In this document: piece after piece, positions 1-10,147 of the stretch | Position numbering within the stretch: position 1 is the stretch's first letter | Layout: each line of letters starts with the position of its first letter | From: a virus | DNA: 64,000 nucleotides | Reading direction: 5' to 3' (one strand) | Virus record (IMG/VR): IMGVR_UViG_3300012964_000004 | Span: 2,312-66,311 of that record | The notes under the pieces: generated by a model | What the model saw: only the letters and a program-made list of their open reading frames with translations | What the model was told of the DNA's origin: nothing | Database searches by the model: none | Program-made: the position numbers and the translations under genes

Positions 1-1
1 G

Positions 2-3000
2 AAGAAAGTTGTACCTACTGAAAAAGAAATTGATGACGTTCTAGCTTCCATGGGTTTGGATACAGTTGAAAAACTGGCGGCTGCGAATAGGAAGATGGTT
101 GAGAAATACGTCGAGAAGCCCTGCCAGCCGCTGGTGCGCAAGTTGCTCAAAGAAGGTCACATTCCGTATGCTTCCAACGCCTACGGCCCAGGCTGGAAGG
201 GCGTATGGTATTACAAGAAGGGCATCAAGCGTGTGCCTGATCTGGGCAACGCCGACCCCGCCATAGGCTTCGCACCTTTGGAAGATTTGTCCTATCTCAA
301 CAAGGCACTCAAAGCTAAGAAGAAACCCAAGCCTGCCAAATTCGATCCCAATCTGGCCACTGTCCCAGGCAAGGTGAAATACAGACCTCGTGGAGCCGAT
401 CTCATGCTTTATCCTGATTTTGAGATTGCCAAGCGGGATCTGGCACTGCTTCGTTTTGGTGAGGATTGGACAAAGATGCCTGACGATCTGGTGGTTCGGC
501 AACTCAAGATCCAATTCAATCTTGGCGATGACGCAGATGTGATGCTGAACAATGCCGAGGTTATCCAGAAATATGTGGAAGAACCTGCTCGCCCACTGGT
601 CGAGAAGTTATTGAAGGATGGTTATCGTGTCACTAACGCCAATGCTTATGGTATTGGTAAGAAAGGTGTGTATTGGATTGATAATGCAGGTGTGGCTCAA
701 TTCACCGAATTACCTGATCTCAATTATCTCAGAGGTAATGCACTCTTCCAAGAAGTGGGTAGGTACAACACCCTGGCGGATCTGCTGAGTGGCCCACCCA
801 ACGAAATACAGGAAGCGCTGCTGGAATTGCTGCACGTGAACAGCGAGCGTGAGATGCTCACTAAGCTGGCGGATCTGGAGCCTGTTATTGATGATCTCTC
901 ATTCAAAATTGAAAGAGCGAATTACAAGTTGCTGTTCAAGGATTTCAATTCTGCTGAGCGGGAGGCCATCCAATTTATTGTGGACAATTACATTCCAAGT
1001 TCGTACATTCTGCGGACGGGAGTTCCGACAAAGCCAGTCCAAAAATACATTCAGCATCGCCGTAATGCTGCGAATGAGGCTTTTGATTTCTTTGCAGTAG
1101 AGTCCATCGATATGGATGCAATTACCGACCCCAACCAATTCTTCGATGTTTTCAGACAAGGTGTAGAGAACGTTTGGAATTCGCTGCAGGGAGGTGCTCG
1201 TCCTGAGCCGAGGAGATTTAGTAGTTATGTTATGGAAATCTTGGAGCAGCGTGGTTTCGTTCCAGAAGAAATGTTGAAACTCATGTGGGGTGAACAAGCG
1301 GGCAAGCTCTTGGCAGGGGGACGCGAATTTCGCGTGATCATCTCACCTGATACTCCCGAGTTCAACAGTTTTATCAATGGCAGCAAAGTCATGGACTCGA
1401 CAGGTCGAATAGTTCCAATGTATCATGCCACCCCGCGTAATTTCCGCAGTTTCTTGGTCACAGAAGATGGTGGCTACCATTTTGGTGAATATCTCACCTC
1501 CATGGATAAGGCGCAATTCAATCCTGAGTGGTACGTGCATGGTTATTGGCTGGCAGTCAAAAATCCGATTGATATGCTTGATAGAGGCAGTTGGGGCATC
1601 CGTGCCCTGACCGAGGGCATGGCAGACGCTAAGGTTATTACTCGTGAAGTTGCAGACAAGCTACAGTTGGAAGCCTATCGCATCGCAGACGAATACAGCC
1701 TATTGCTTCAGTTGATGAGAAAGAATACGACTGAGCCGCTGACCCGAGAAGAGGCCATCAGGATCGTCGGAGAGATGCACGATACCTTCCCAGAGGAATT
1801 GAAGAATGGCAACTTTGGTGTTGACGAACTCATGGCCACTTGGGACTACAACTTGGCGTATCAAAATAGCAGTGGCCCAACTTGGAGGGCAGTCAATATT
1901 GGCAATCGATTTGGAACCAGCAGCATCGTGTCAAAAATGAAGAGCATGGGATACGATGGTATCCACTACATCAACAATTTTGAGAACGCAGGTTCTAATT
2001 GCTGGATGGTTTTCGATCCAACCAACATCAAACGCATTGATAATTATGGAACATACGATCAAGCTAACTCAGACATTCTATTCCAAGCTGTTGACAGACG
2101 CATCACCAACGCGGAGGACAAGATAAAAGGTAGCCGATTTATGCTGGACGTGTGGACAGACAGTGTGAATGTGCTCGTCGATAACGTCCACAATCTGTAC
2201 ATCGATCCGCGCACTGGTTTTCTCAATGCTGTCGCCATGGTTGAATTGCCAGAAACTTTGACTAAGCCCAACACTGCATATCTAATCGGTAATGGATTTG
2301 ATTACATCTCGCGCAACTTTGGCGATGAGGCTGCGAACAGTTATCTCAATGCCCTATCTGAAGCCATGCGCGACTCGGGTCTGCCAGTGGAGGATTTCTT
2401 CCACATGGGCGGCGCTCGTTTCGTAGTGCAACTGGGTGATCCCGAGGAACTCAACCCACTTTTGGAAGCATTAGATGAAGTTCCTGCTTTCAGGCTGACA
2501 GACACCAGTGGCAAAGAATGGGAAGTTACGCTGAACGTCAGTCATTCGGATGTGCTACCCAGGAGCCAAGTAGAAACTCAATTCTATCAAGCACAGAAGC
2601 TCTCCGAACAAATCCGCGCCCAGGCTTATCAAGACTGGCTATTGAAAAATGGTGAAGTCTCCCGCTTTGCCAGCACCTATGACGCGCTGGACGGCGCAGA
2701 TGAAATTGGTGCTGAGATTGCAACCCATCCATACATCAGACCAGTTGAAGAAGATCTAGAGCGCAAGAACATCCGCCCGATCGAAGCGCTCTTCCAGACA
2801 GCCGATGGAGCCAGGGTGGAAGATCAAATTGACGAGGCCTGGAGAGCCTTCACTCAAGCGCCCATCTTCACCCAAGGCAATCAGCAAGTCAGTTTGGTGG
2901 ATTTCTGGGGCGTGCTATTCGGGGATGCTGAGACTATGTGGAAAGCTGGGCCGCGTGGGTTCGGCAACATAGCTGAGCGTTGGGCAGAGGATCTGCGTGT

Positions 3001-6000
3001 CCAAGGTCTGGTTGAGCAGGCTGAAGTGTTCAACTCGATTGCAAATTTGGCACGCAACTTTGAAGAGTATGTGGCCAGCAAAACCATTACTCTTGATAAG
3101 ATCATCCCACCGCCACTAGGCATCTGGCGCTCTGATCCAGGTTTGCGTATGTGGGTCTCCAATATGTATGGTGTTGGTTCTGAATGGATGAAAGCTAGGA
3201 AATTACTCGAACGATGGAAGGACGATTTCAGCCGCGAGGTCTTGGAGTCACCTTATGCCGATCTGAAACTCAGTCAGGAAATGGACGATGTTCTGACTGA
3301 GGTTGGTCGCAGGGGCGCCAAGCTCAAACAAGATATAAAGCAGGCTGCCAATTATGGTGGAGAGATCAACGGTGTGCGCATCTCGCCCGCGCATGGTGCA
3401 GTGAATGAGACCAACTTCAACATGATCGACTACACGGACTTCAACCGTTTCGATCAACTGATGAAAGACATCGTGCCCTTCTGGATGTATCCGATCAAGT
3501 CTATTCCCTTCTGGGCTAAGACCATGCTGCAGCACCCGATCTTGGTTTCGTTCTATTACAAGTACCTGCGCTGGACGAAAATTGCTGCTCGCCAGATGGG
3601 AGCTACTACCAGCCGTGGCGAGGAATTACCATCTTTGAAAGGCTACATGCCGCTCCTGCCAGGGTTGTGGTTCAACCCGCTAGCTCCGCTATTCTATCGG
3701 TATGTATTCCCCAGGGTGACAGAGATACCTGAGTCCGACCCAGACATGGGGCCGCTGCAGCACATCGCCAAATTCTTCTTGGAAGATGCCAGTCTGTACG
3801 GTATCAATATCTCGCCAGTGGTCTCGGCGATCATGCAAGTCTTTCGCGATCCTTACTATCCAAAGACCAATCTAGCGTATGAATACATCGCCAAGCCTAT
3901 CTTCCCCATCGAATACATCCCGCCCTTCATGGAGCGCTGGATCTTATCGAAGCTGAAGCAGGTCGCACAGGGCAAGCCTTCTACTCCCAGTCGCTTCATC
4001 GAGGAAGTGGATTGGCGCGACTATATGATTGAGCGTGAAATCCTGATGAATGCGCTGGAAAAACTCAACGCAACCACTGACACAGTGGAGAAAGAGCGGA
4101 TTGGCACCGAAGCCTACAGCATTATTATCAAACCTGATCGGGAGAATGATCCGCACTGGATTGAGGCCAGGAACCATTTGGATAACAATGATTATTTCCG
4201 CAAGATGGCGGGCATCTTCACAGGGTTCTACGTCAAAGAATTCTCGTCTGGGCAGGCTGAACTTCAAGCGCTGCGCGATGAAGTCAATGGCTTGCGAGCA
4301 GCCATCAATGATGAAGTCCAGGCGGCTCTGTTCCTGCCGTACATGAACAGCACGGATATTTACAACTTGTACACCGATCGGCGCTACCAGACGCCTGATG
4401 GTTATATCTGGAATGCCTACACCATGATCAGTTACGTGACCGATGAAGAAGGCCATCCCGCCATTGGTCAGGCGCGGCGCGACATCATCGCCCAGAAAGC
4501 CGCCGAAGATGAAGATACTCAGCAGCGCTATGAAGCTCTGCGGGTAGCTGCTGATCTGCGCGATGAGCGCTTGCGTCAGGTGCCTGTTGGAGCCGATGAA
4601 TTGCTTGGCAAGATCTGGGATGAATACTTCGCAGCCGTGGACGAAATTGACCGAGACGATGAAGGCGCTCTTTATCCGCTGGCGCGGAAGGATTACATAA
4701 TCGGTTACAAACCCTGGGAGATGTTTGAAGAATATGCGACAAGCAAGTGGTGGCGGGAGATCCGCAGCACCTATCCGAACTACCAGGATGGGGAAAGTTG
4801 GGACGTTTACCAGTTGCGGTTGGAGGCCTGGTTTGACTCCCTACCCGATCTAGCTCATCATCTTGCGCCCATCTTCGAGACCTCACTGGCTTACCGTGTC
4901 TTTGACAATGAGATCAATGCGGAAGAACGCATGGATCTGGTGCCCGAATTGGTTCAAAAATTGGTCGACCAAACCAACCGCGAAGGCTATGATAAATGGG
5001 AATTGGCAAATGACACCAGCATTGATGCCATCTGGAAGGCTTATGAAGAACTCTATCTGCGGCCTTACTATGATGCTATCAACGGTAAGAAGGATCCAGA
5101 GCGCAGTCTGGCTGAACTCGAGTTCTTGCAGACACACACTTTTGAGCCGAGCATCAATGAGATCTATAGCTGGATCCAGCAGAAATACAGACTGGATCGT
5201 TTCAGCCACGAACAAATCAGCGCTGACATCCAAGGTTTGACTTTCGCCACGCCTGATGAGATCAGCAATCTAGGCAAGACTGAGATGGATAAGACAGCCG
5301 AGGAGGTCTGGAATATCTTGGCTTGGGCAGGCCCGCGTTCCAGCCAAAACTTCAAGGATCTGATAGCTGCCTATGAGTCCTTGGGTGGCTACGACTCGGA
5401 CATCGATGTGTTCTATGCTATGAAAGGTGAACCTGGGCGCTACCCAGACCCAGAGGATTACTACAACTTCTTGGATCGGATGCGTGAGGCGGCCGAACTG
5501 GTCGGCGCTCATACGCCAACTGCAGAAGAATTGCAGACTGAGATCGATGCCAGGAATTTGAATGATGCCTTTCTCAAACTGGTGGATGCTGAACTGGGTG
5601 CCAACTTCACCCGCAACGTTCTCAACCCATACTTCTCCATGAGTTCAGACGAACGCACAGCTTGGAGAAAACAAAATAAGGAGGAATATGCAAAAATTCG
5701 TCGATACTATGAGTTGAAAGATGCTTTTGCAGAGCTTCACCCTGAATGGGTGCCTTATTATTACCCAAGCTACATAGCTGCGGCGGCCGCAGCAGGTGGC
5801 GGCGGTGGAACCTACGCAGACTACGGCTTTTCCAACAGATCGATCTCTGCGGAAGAAGCTGCCTTCTGGATCCCAATGGGCAGACGTTCAACGTTGGAAG
5901 CTAGAGATTTGCTGATCAGCAAACTAGGTGCAGGTGGAGTTGTTGGGCGACCTTGGTGGCCTGACTCACTCAGAGCTTTGCTACACCCGATTGCAATTCA

Positions 6001-6136
6001 ACAAGTTGAGCAAGCTGCCAAGGGTACAATCCCGTTGCCGAAAGCAACGGTTACTTACTTGAAGAAAGTAGCGACTAAAAATCCTGAGTATGCTACGATA
6101 ATCCGTGACAATTTAGAGTTGGCGACTGGGGAGTGA
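2..6136 (+). CDS. C-terminal part of giant internal virion / polyvalent protein with ART-PolyVal-like and degenerate GGDEF domains (5' end outside window)
   Basis: Frame is open from position 2 (first Met at 50 gives 2028 aa). Contains SKVMD..G..YHAT...YHFG...KNP...GYDG...VFDPTNIK (ART-PolyVal-like) and DPRTGFLN...GGARF (GGDEF-like). Lies upstream of scaffold and capsid genes. Confidence 0.75.
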   Translation, partial: KKVVPTEKEIDDVLASMGLDTVEKLAAANRKMVEKYVEKPCQPLVRKLLKEGHIPYASNAYGPGWKGVWYYKKGIKRVPDLGNADPAIGFAPLEDLSYLNKALKAKKKPKPAKFDPNLATVPGKVKYRPRGADLMLYPDFEIAKRDLALLRFGEDWTKMPDDLVVRQLKIQFNLGDDADVMLNNAEVIQKYVEEPARPLVEKLLKDGYRVTNANAYGIGKKGVYWIDNAGVAQFTELPDLNYLRGNALFQEVGRYNTLADLLSGPPNEIQEALLELLHVNSEREMLTKLADLEPVIDDLSFKIERANYKLLFKDFNSAEREAIQFIVDNYIPSSYILRTGVPTKPVQKYIQHRRNAANEAFDFFAVESIDMDAITDPNQFFDVFRQGVENVWNSLQGGARPEPRRFSSYVMEILEQRGFVPEEMLKLMWGEQAGKLLAGGREFRVIISPDTPEFNSFINGSKVMDSTGRIVPMYHATPRNFRSFLVTEDGGYHFGEYLTSMDKAQFNPEWYVHGYWLAVKNPIDMLDRGSWGIRALTEGMADAKVITREVADKLQLEAYRIADEYSLLLQLMRKNTTEPLTREEAIRIVGEMHDTFPEELKNGNFGVDELMATWDYNLAYQNSSGPTWRAVNIGNRFGTSSIVSKMKSMGYDGIHYINNFENAGSNCWMVFDPTNIKRIDNYGTYDQANSDILFQAVDRRITNAEDKIKGSRFMLDVWTDSVNVLVDNVHNLYIDPRTGFLNAVAMVELPETLTKPNTAYLIGNGFDYISRNFGDEAANSYLNALSEAMRDSGLPVEDFFHMGGARFVVQLGDPEELNPLLEALDEVPAFRLTDTSGKEWEVTLNVSHSDVLPRSQVETQFYQAQKLSEQIRAQAYQDWLLKNGEVSRFASTYDALDGADEIGAEIATHPYIRPVEEDLERKNIRPIEALFQTADGARVEDQIDEAWRAFTQAPIFTQGNQQVSLVDFWGVLFGDAETMWKAGPRGFGNIAERWAEDLRVQGLVEQAEVFNSIANLARNFEEYVASKTITLDKIIPPPLGIWRSDPGLRMWVSNMYGVGSEWMKARKLLERWKDDFSREVLESPYADLKLSQEMDDVLTEVGRRGAKLKQDIKQAANYGGEINGVRISPAHGAVNETNFNMIDYTDFNRFDQLMKDIVPFWMYPIKSIPFWAKTMLQHPILVSFYYKYLRWTKIAARQMGATTSRGEELPSLKGYMPLLPGLWFNPLAPLFYRYVFPRVTEIPESDPDMGPLQHIAKFFLEDASLYGINISPVVSAIMQVFRDPYYPKTNLAYEYIAKPIFPIEYIPPFMERWILSKLKQVAQGKPSTPSRFIEEVDWRDYMIEREILMNALEKLNATTDTVEKERIGTEAYSIIIKPDRENDPHWIEARNHLDNNDYFRKMAGIFTGFYVKEFSSGQAELQALRDEVNGLRAAINDEVQAALFLPYMNSTDIYNLYTDRRYQTPDGYIWNAYTMISYVTDEEGHPAIGQARRDIIAQKAAEDEDTQQRYEALRVAADLRDERLRQVPVGADELLGKIWDEYFAAVDEIDRDDEGALYPLARKDYIIGYKPWEMFEEYATSKWWREIRSTYPNYQDGESWDVYQLRLEAWFDSLPDLAHHLAPIFETSLAYRVFDNEINAEERMDLVPELVQKLVDQTNREGYDKWELANDTSIDAIWKAYEELYLRPYYDAINGKKDPERSLAELEFLQTHTFEPSINEIYSWIQQKYRLDRFSHEQISADIQGLTFATPDEISNLGKTEMDKTAEEVWNILAWAGPRSSQNFKDLIAAYESLGGYDSDIDVFYAMKGEPGRYPDPEDYYNFLDRMREAAELVGAHTPTAEELQTEIDARNLNDAFLKLVDAELGANFTRNVLNPYFSMSSDERTAWRKQNKEEYAKIRRYYELKDAFAELHPEWVPYYYPSYIAAAAAAGGGGGTYADYGFSNRSISAEEAAFWIPMGRRSTLEARDLLISKLGAGGVVGRPWWPDSLRALLHPIAIQQVEQAAKGTIPLPKATVTYLKKVATKNPEYATIIRDNLELATGE

Positions 6137-6139
6137 GTA

Positions 6140-6169
6140 TTGACCCCAGATCATACAATTTCATATAAT
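6140..6169 (+). promoter_or_regulatory. sigma70-like promoter for the capsid operon
   Basis: TTGACC-18 nt-TATAAT, followed by an AAGGAG RBS and the ATG at 6190. Confidence 0.65.
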
Positions 6170-6189
6170 GGGAAAAGGAGATAGAAACA

Positions 6190-6939
6190 ATGTTCAAGCC
6201 TGTTAGATTTGACAAACCTGATACGGGATTGGCTGATGGCGGGGGTGCAGAACCTACGCCATCAGCGCCTTCCCCACAGGGATCGGTTCCAGTAGGGACG
6301 CCTTCCCAGGTTACGCCAGATGCAGGGCCAAGTCTGCAGAAGTTGCAAGAGACACTCGCTCAGCGTGAAAAAGACATCAACAATATCAAGTCCACGCTGC
6401 AACGTCAACAAGCTGAGCAAAAGCGTCTGTGGGACGAAGAGCGTAAGCAATTACAAGAGGATCTGCGCCGAGCGCAGATGGCCAGCCTTGACGACGATGA
6501 AAGGGCTGAGTTTGTAAAAAACCTTGAATTGGAGAATGCAGGTCAGTTGCGGACGCAAGTCCAAGACTATGAACAGCAGATCCAAGAAATGAAAGCCAAG
6601 GAAAGTTACACTCAATTCTTCATCGATCAAGGCGTGCCCGTCGATAAGCTGGTCAGGAATGATAGTCTGGATGCTCTGGTCAACTCTGGTTGGTCAGGAA
6701 TTCAGGCCATCATCAAAGACCAGCAGAAAGAACTTGACATGCTCAAAAATCCCGCTCCCCCTCCTGCCACTTCTCCTACTCCAACCCCTCAAGTGCGCTC
6801 TCCGATTTCCGCCGCTCCTGCACCTGCTGGCACAGGCCCGACCTGGGCAGACCTTATCCAACGATATGGTTCGCAAGAGGAGGTGTACAGGATGGTGGAG
6901 CAAGGGGATCTCCCGCCCTCTATCATTCCAATCTCATAG
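6190..6939 (+). CDS. putative capsid scaffolding protein
   Basis: Coiled-coil core with Pro-rich ends, directly upstream of the major capsid gene, good RBS. Confidence 0.6.
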   Translation: MFKPVRFDKPDTGLADGGGAEPTPSAPSPQGSVPVGTPSQVTPDAGPSLQKLQETLAQREKDINNIKSTLQRQQAEQKRLWDEERKQLQEDLRRAQMASLDDDERAEFVKNLELENAGQLRTQVQDYEQQIQEMKAKESYTQFFIDQGVPVDKLVRNDSLDALVNSGWSGIQAIIKDQQKELDMLKNPAPPPATSPTPTPQVRSPISAAPAPAGTGPTWADLIQRYGSQEEVYRMVEQGDLPPSIIPIS

Positions 6940-6980
6940 AATGATGGCGGGCACCATACTAAAACTCTGGAGAAACTGAG

Positions 6981-7988
6981 ATGGCCGTTACAATTACCAC
7001 CACCACGATGTCAGACGCAATCAAGACCCAATACGAACGGCGTCTGCTCTCTCGGGCGCTCCCACGCTACGTCCATGGACGTTGGGCTATGCGTGCCCGC
7101 CTTACCAAAAACGGCACCTATGAAGTCCGCAAATATGGCTCTCTATCTGCCGTAACCGCGCAGCTAACCGAAGGCACCACGCCTGCTGAGACGGCTGCAC
7201 CAATTCCCACCCTGATCACCATGACGCCTGCGTTCTATGGTGCCTGGATGGGTTTTTCTGATCTTGTGGATCTGGAAGCCTTCGATCCAATCTTGTCCGA
7301 AATGACCAGTATCCTGGGCGAGCAGTGTGGTCTGTCTGCCGACACGCTAGTCCGCAACGAAATAGTCACAGACTCGACCATCAGCTACTCAGGTGGTCAA
7401 TCTGGAGTTGCCACCCTGGACAGCCCTGCCCACGACTTGAGTTACACCGATCTCATCAAGGAATACGCCTATCTCGAAGCCGAAAGTGCCCTGCCTGTAG
7501 ATGGTGAGGATTTCATTCTCATCATCCACCCGCACACCTATGCCACGCTCATGCTGGATCCCACATTCGTCAACCTCCTGATCCAGGAGGCTCCAGCCAC
7601 AGCGATCCGCAACGGCTACATCGGGCGCCTCTTGCGCATGAAGATCTTCGTGTCATCCAACGTTACCGAGTGGGCGGATGTTGGCGTTGGCAGTACCACA
7701 GATGTGTATGCCGCGATCTTGATCGGTCGTGAGTCGTACTGCATCTTAGGCATGACAGGCTATCCTGAACCCGCTTCGGTTGACAACCAAGGCCCAGACG
7801 GTCGCCCGCTGACGGGCAACAAGATGCGCCCTGTGGAAGTTATTGCGAAGCCCGTTGGTTCGGCTGGCGCTGCTGATCCCCTCAATCAGCGTGGATCATT
7901 GGCTTGGAAGATGAGCCTGACCACCGAAGTTCTGAACAGTGCCTGGATCCGCTGCATCAAACACACCAACGTATTCAGCGATCTGTAA
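6981..7988 (+). CDS. major capsid protein (HK97 fold, N4-gp56-like)
   Basis: 335 aa with LTEGTTP, YGAW..FSD, IIHP, NGYIGR and DPLNQRGSLAWK motifs typical of this capsid family; follows the scaffold. Confidence 0.85.
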   Translation: MAVTITTTTMSDAIKTQYERRLLSRALPRYVHGRWAMRARLTKNGTYEVRKYGSLSAVTAQLTEGTTPAETAAPIPTLITMTPAFYGAWMGFSDLVDLEAFDPILSEMTSILGEQCGLSADTLVRNEIVTDSTISYSGGQSGVATLDSPAHDLSYTDLIKEYAYLEAESALPVDGEDFILIIHPHTYATLMLDPTFVNLLIQEAPATAIRNGYIGRLLRMKIFVSSNVTEWADVGVGSTTDVYAAILIGRESYCILGMTGYPEPASVDNQGPDGRPLTGNKMRPVEVIAKPVGSAGAADPLNQRGSLAWKMSLTTEVLNSAWIRCIKHTNVFSDL

Positions 7989-8016
7989 GCCGAGCGTCTC
8001 ATAGGAGAACAATATA

Positions 8017-8466
8017 ATGGCTACTGAACTACTCAAAACCCCACCTTACGCTCCTGGTCATCTTGTCGCTGAGTCTTTGCGTGACGCCGTGCGCGTCATG
8101 GTAACTCCAAGCGCCGCATTCAGTGCTGTGGGTGATGGCACAATCACGACCGCCCTGGTTCGTGTGCCTGCCAATACCCTCATCATCGGTGTGCTAGCTG
8201 AAGTTACCACGGCCTTCAATGGAACAGCCCCCATCTACAATTTCGGGGACAGTGATAACGCGGTTGCTCTTTGGGCAAGCTCGGATCTCACTACCCCGCT
8301 CGCCTCCACTGGTTTCAAGGGGCTGTTCAATGGTAAGGAATACACGGCTGCGCAGGATCTCATCGCCACGTTCGCAAACGCTTCGTCCGACTCTAGTGCT
8401 GGAGCCATGCGCTTCTGGCTGCTGTACAGCACCGAGATAGACAAGCGCCGTGTCAAGTCCACATAA
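8017..8466 (+). CDS. putative capsid decoration/cement protein
   Basis: Small beta-rich protein after the capsid gene (VPANTLI..V..EVTTAFNG...GDSD); paralogue of the next gene. Confidence 0.55.
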   Translation: MATELLKTPPYAPGHLVAESLRDAVRVMVTPSAAFSAVGDGTITTALVRVPANTLIIGVLAEVTTAFNGTAPIYNFGDSDNAVALWASSDLTTPLASTGFKGLFNGKEYTAAQDLIATFANASSDSSAGAMRFWLLYSTEIDKRRVKST

Positions 8467-8482
8467 CGATTGAGGTGATGCT

Positions 8483-8923
8483 ATGGCTAAAACACTTCCG
8501 TACAAGGGCGAGTTCCTCAACTCTTTCGACTATCCTGCTCCATTGCGCTGCGCCCGTCTGACCATGGGAGCTTCCAGTGACAATGATGTTGTCTTGGGTG
8601 ACGCTGCCACATACAATCTCTTCACTGTGCCTGCGGGCACTCTGGTACATGAGATTGCTTCCCGCGTTGTCACAGCCGTCACTGCTTCCGTCACTATCAC
8701 CATTGGTGACAGTGACTCAGCGGCTGGCTTCCTGGCCTCAGCCGATCTCGCTCCGCAGTCCACAGGCGTCTTGCTGGTTTCTTCCAGGGGTGCAGCCGAA
8801 GCCTATGCTGGCGGTAAGATTTACGATGCTGAGCAATCCATCCAAGCGGTCACCGCTGCAGCCACAGTTGCTGCTGGCGTAGTCGAAGTCTACATGATTT
8901 ACTCGATGGCAGGTGCTGACTAA
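8483..8923 (+). CDS. putative capsid decoration/cement protein (paralogue of 8017-8466)
   Basis: VPAGTLV..I...VVTA.....IGDSD...GGKIY..Q.I pattern shared with the previous ORF. Confidence 0.55.
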   Translation: MAKTLPYKGEFLNSFDYPAPLRCARLTMGASSDNDVVLGDAATYNLFTVPAGTLVHEIASRVVTAVTASVTITIGDSDSAAGFLASADLAPQSTGVLLVSSRGAAEAYAGGKIYDAEQSIQAVTAAATVAAGVVEVYMIYSMAGAD

Positions 8924-8934
8924 CTCGCAACCGA

Positions 8935-8958
8935 CTAGGGCGGGGCAACCCGCCCTAG
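8935..8958 (+). terminator. intercistronic GC-rich hairpin (attenuator, terminator or RNA stabiliser) after the capsid genes
   Basis: CTAGGGCGGG-GCAA-CCCGCCCTAG perfect 10-bp stem with a GNRA loop; no U-tract. Confidence 0.55.
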
Positions 8959-8977
8959 ACAATTAGAAGGAGACATC

Positions 8978-10147
8978 ATGAAAAAAGTCGCATTGGTCGG
9001 CTTCTCTACGGCGACGCGTCATCAAGCTCCGTTTGAGGATGAAAGTGTAGAGATCTGGGGCTGTAATGAAGGCTATGTGCTGCCATTTCCACGGATAGCA
9101 CGCTGGTTTCAGTTGCACAATTACCAGACTTTCAGCCGAGAGAACAATCAAAACGACCTGAACCATTACGCCTGGCTCAAAAGCGTAACCGATTTTCCGA
9201 TCTATATGCAGAGGGTCTATCCGAACATTCCCATGAGCGTTCAATATCCCATCGATGCGATTGTGGAATACTTTGGGCTGCCATATTTTTCCTCGACTTT
9301 CGCCTATATGATTGCGCTGGCTATCTATGAAGGTTACGAATGGATTGGCCACTATGGTTTTGAGATGGCCACTGACTCAGAATATTTCCATCAGCGTCCC
9401 AACGCGGAGTATCTCATCGGATGGGCGAAAGGCAAGGGCATTTATGTCCAATCACCTGTCGATGGTAATCTGCTACGGGGGCGGATGTATGCGTATGAAG
9501 ATGAGTCCATAGGTTTCAGACAGCAGTTGGAATTCCGCAAGGCACTGCTGGCTGGCCAACTGAAAAAGCAGGAAGAGAAATTCTGGCTTTTGACAGGGCA
9601 AAACAATATTTTGAATGCGCTGGCGGCTGGTCGAGATCCCATCTTGGAGAACTTGGCCGCAGGCGGTTTGGAAATCACACTGCCCTATCAAATGAAATTA
9701 CAACAAGAATTACTGGATGCTTCCGCTCTGGCTAACACGATCAACGGTGCCAGGATGGAAGTTGACTTGATGATCCAGATATTTGACAATCAGAACGGTA
9801 CAAAGGCGGTAGATTATGTCACGAAAGAGATCGAGCAAAATCGAACAAGCGCAGAAGGAACAGGAAGTCCTGTCATCCCAGGTGAGAACGGACGGGATGG
9901 GGGAAGCCCCAGTGATCCAGGACTTATTGTCGGACAAATTCGTGGAGGGGAAGAACACGGAAGCGATGAGCATAGCCCTGGCCTTGCAACAGTTAGTGCG
10001 GGGGCAGAACGCGATCCTCAGTCAGATGCAAGGACAAGGAGAACAGATCAGCCAACTCCAGCAGCGCATGGAGATCATAGACCAAGACGCCGCCCGTTGG
10101 CAGAACGACAAACAGAAATTCATGGAGGAGATCCAGGCCAAGTCTGA
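8978..10147 (+). CDS. MptE/DUF115/sialyltransferase-like Rossmann-fold protein (glycosyltransferase-like) with coiled-coil tail
   Basis: KKVALVGF...EIWGCN...RWFQLH...SSTFAYMIALAIYEGYEWI..YGFEM...EY..QR; paralogue at 44896. Confidence 0.55.
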   Translation: MKKVALVGFSTATRHQAPFEDESVEIWGCNEGYVLPFPRIARWFQLHNYQTFSRENNQNDLNHYAWLKSVTDFPIYMQRVYPNIPMSVQYPIDAIVEYFGLPYFSSTFAYMIALAIYEGYEWIGHYGFEMATDSEYFHQRPNAEYLIGWAKGKGIYVQSPVDGNLLRGRMYAYEDESIGFRQQLEFRKALLAGQLKKQEEKFWLLTGQNNILNALAAGRDPILENLAAGGLEITLPYQMKLQQELLDASALANTINGARMEVDLMIQIFDNQNGTKAVDYVTKEIEQNRTSAEGTGSPVIPGENGRDGGSPSDPGLIVGQIRGGEEHGSDEHSPGLATVSAGAERDPQSDARTRRTDQPTPAAHGDHRPRRRPLAERQTEIHGGDPGQV

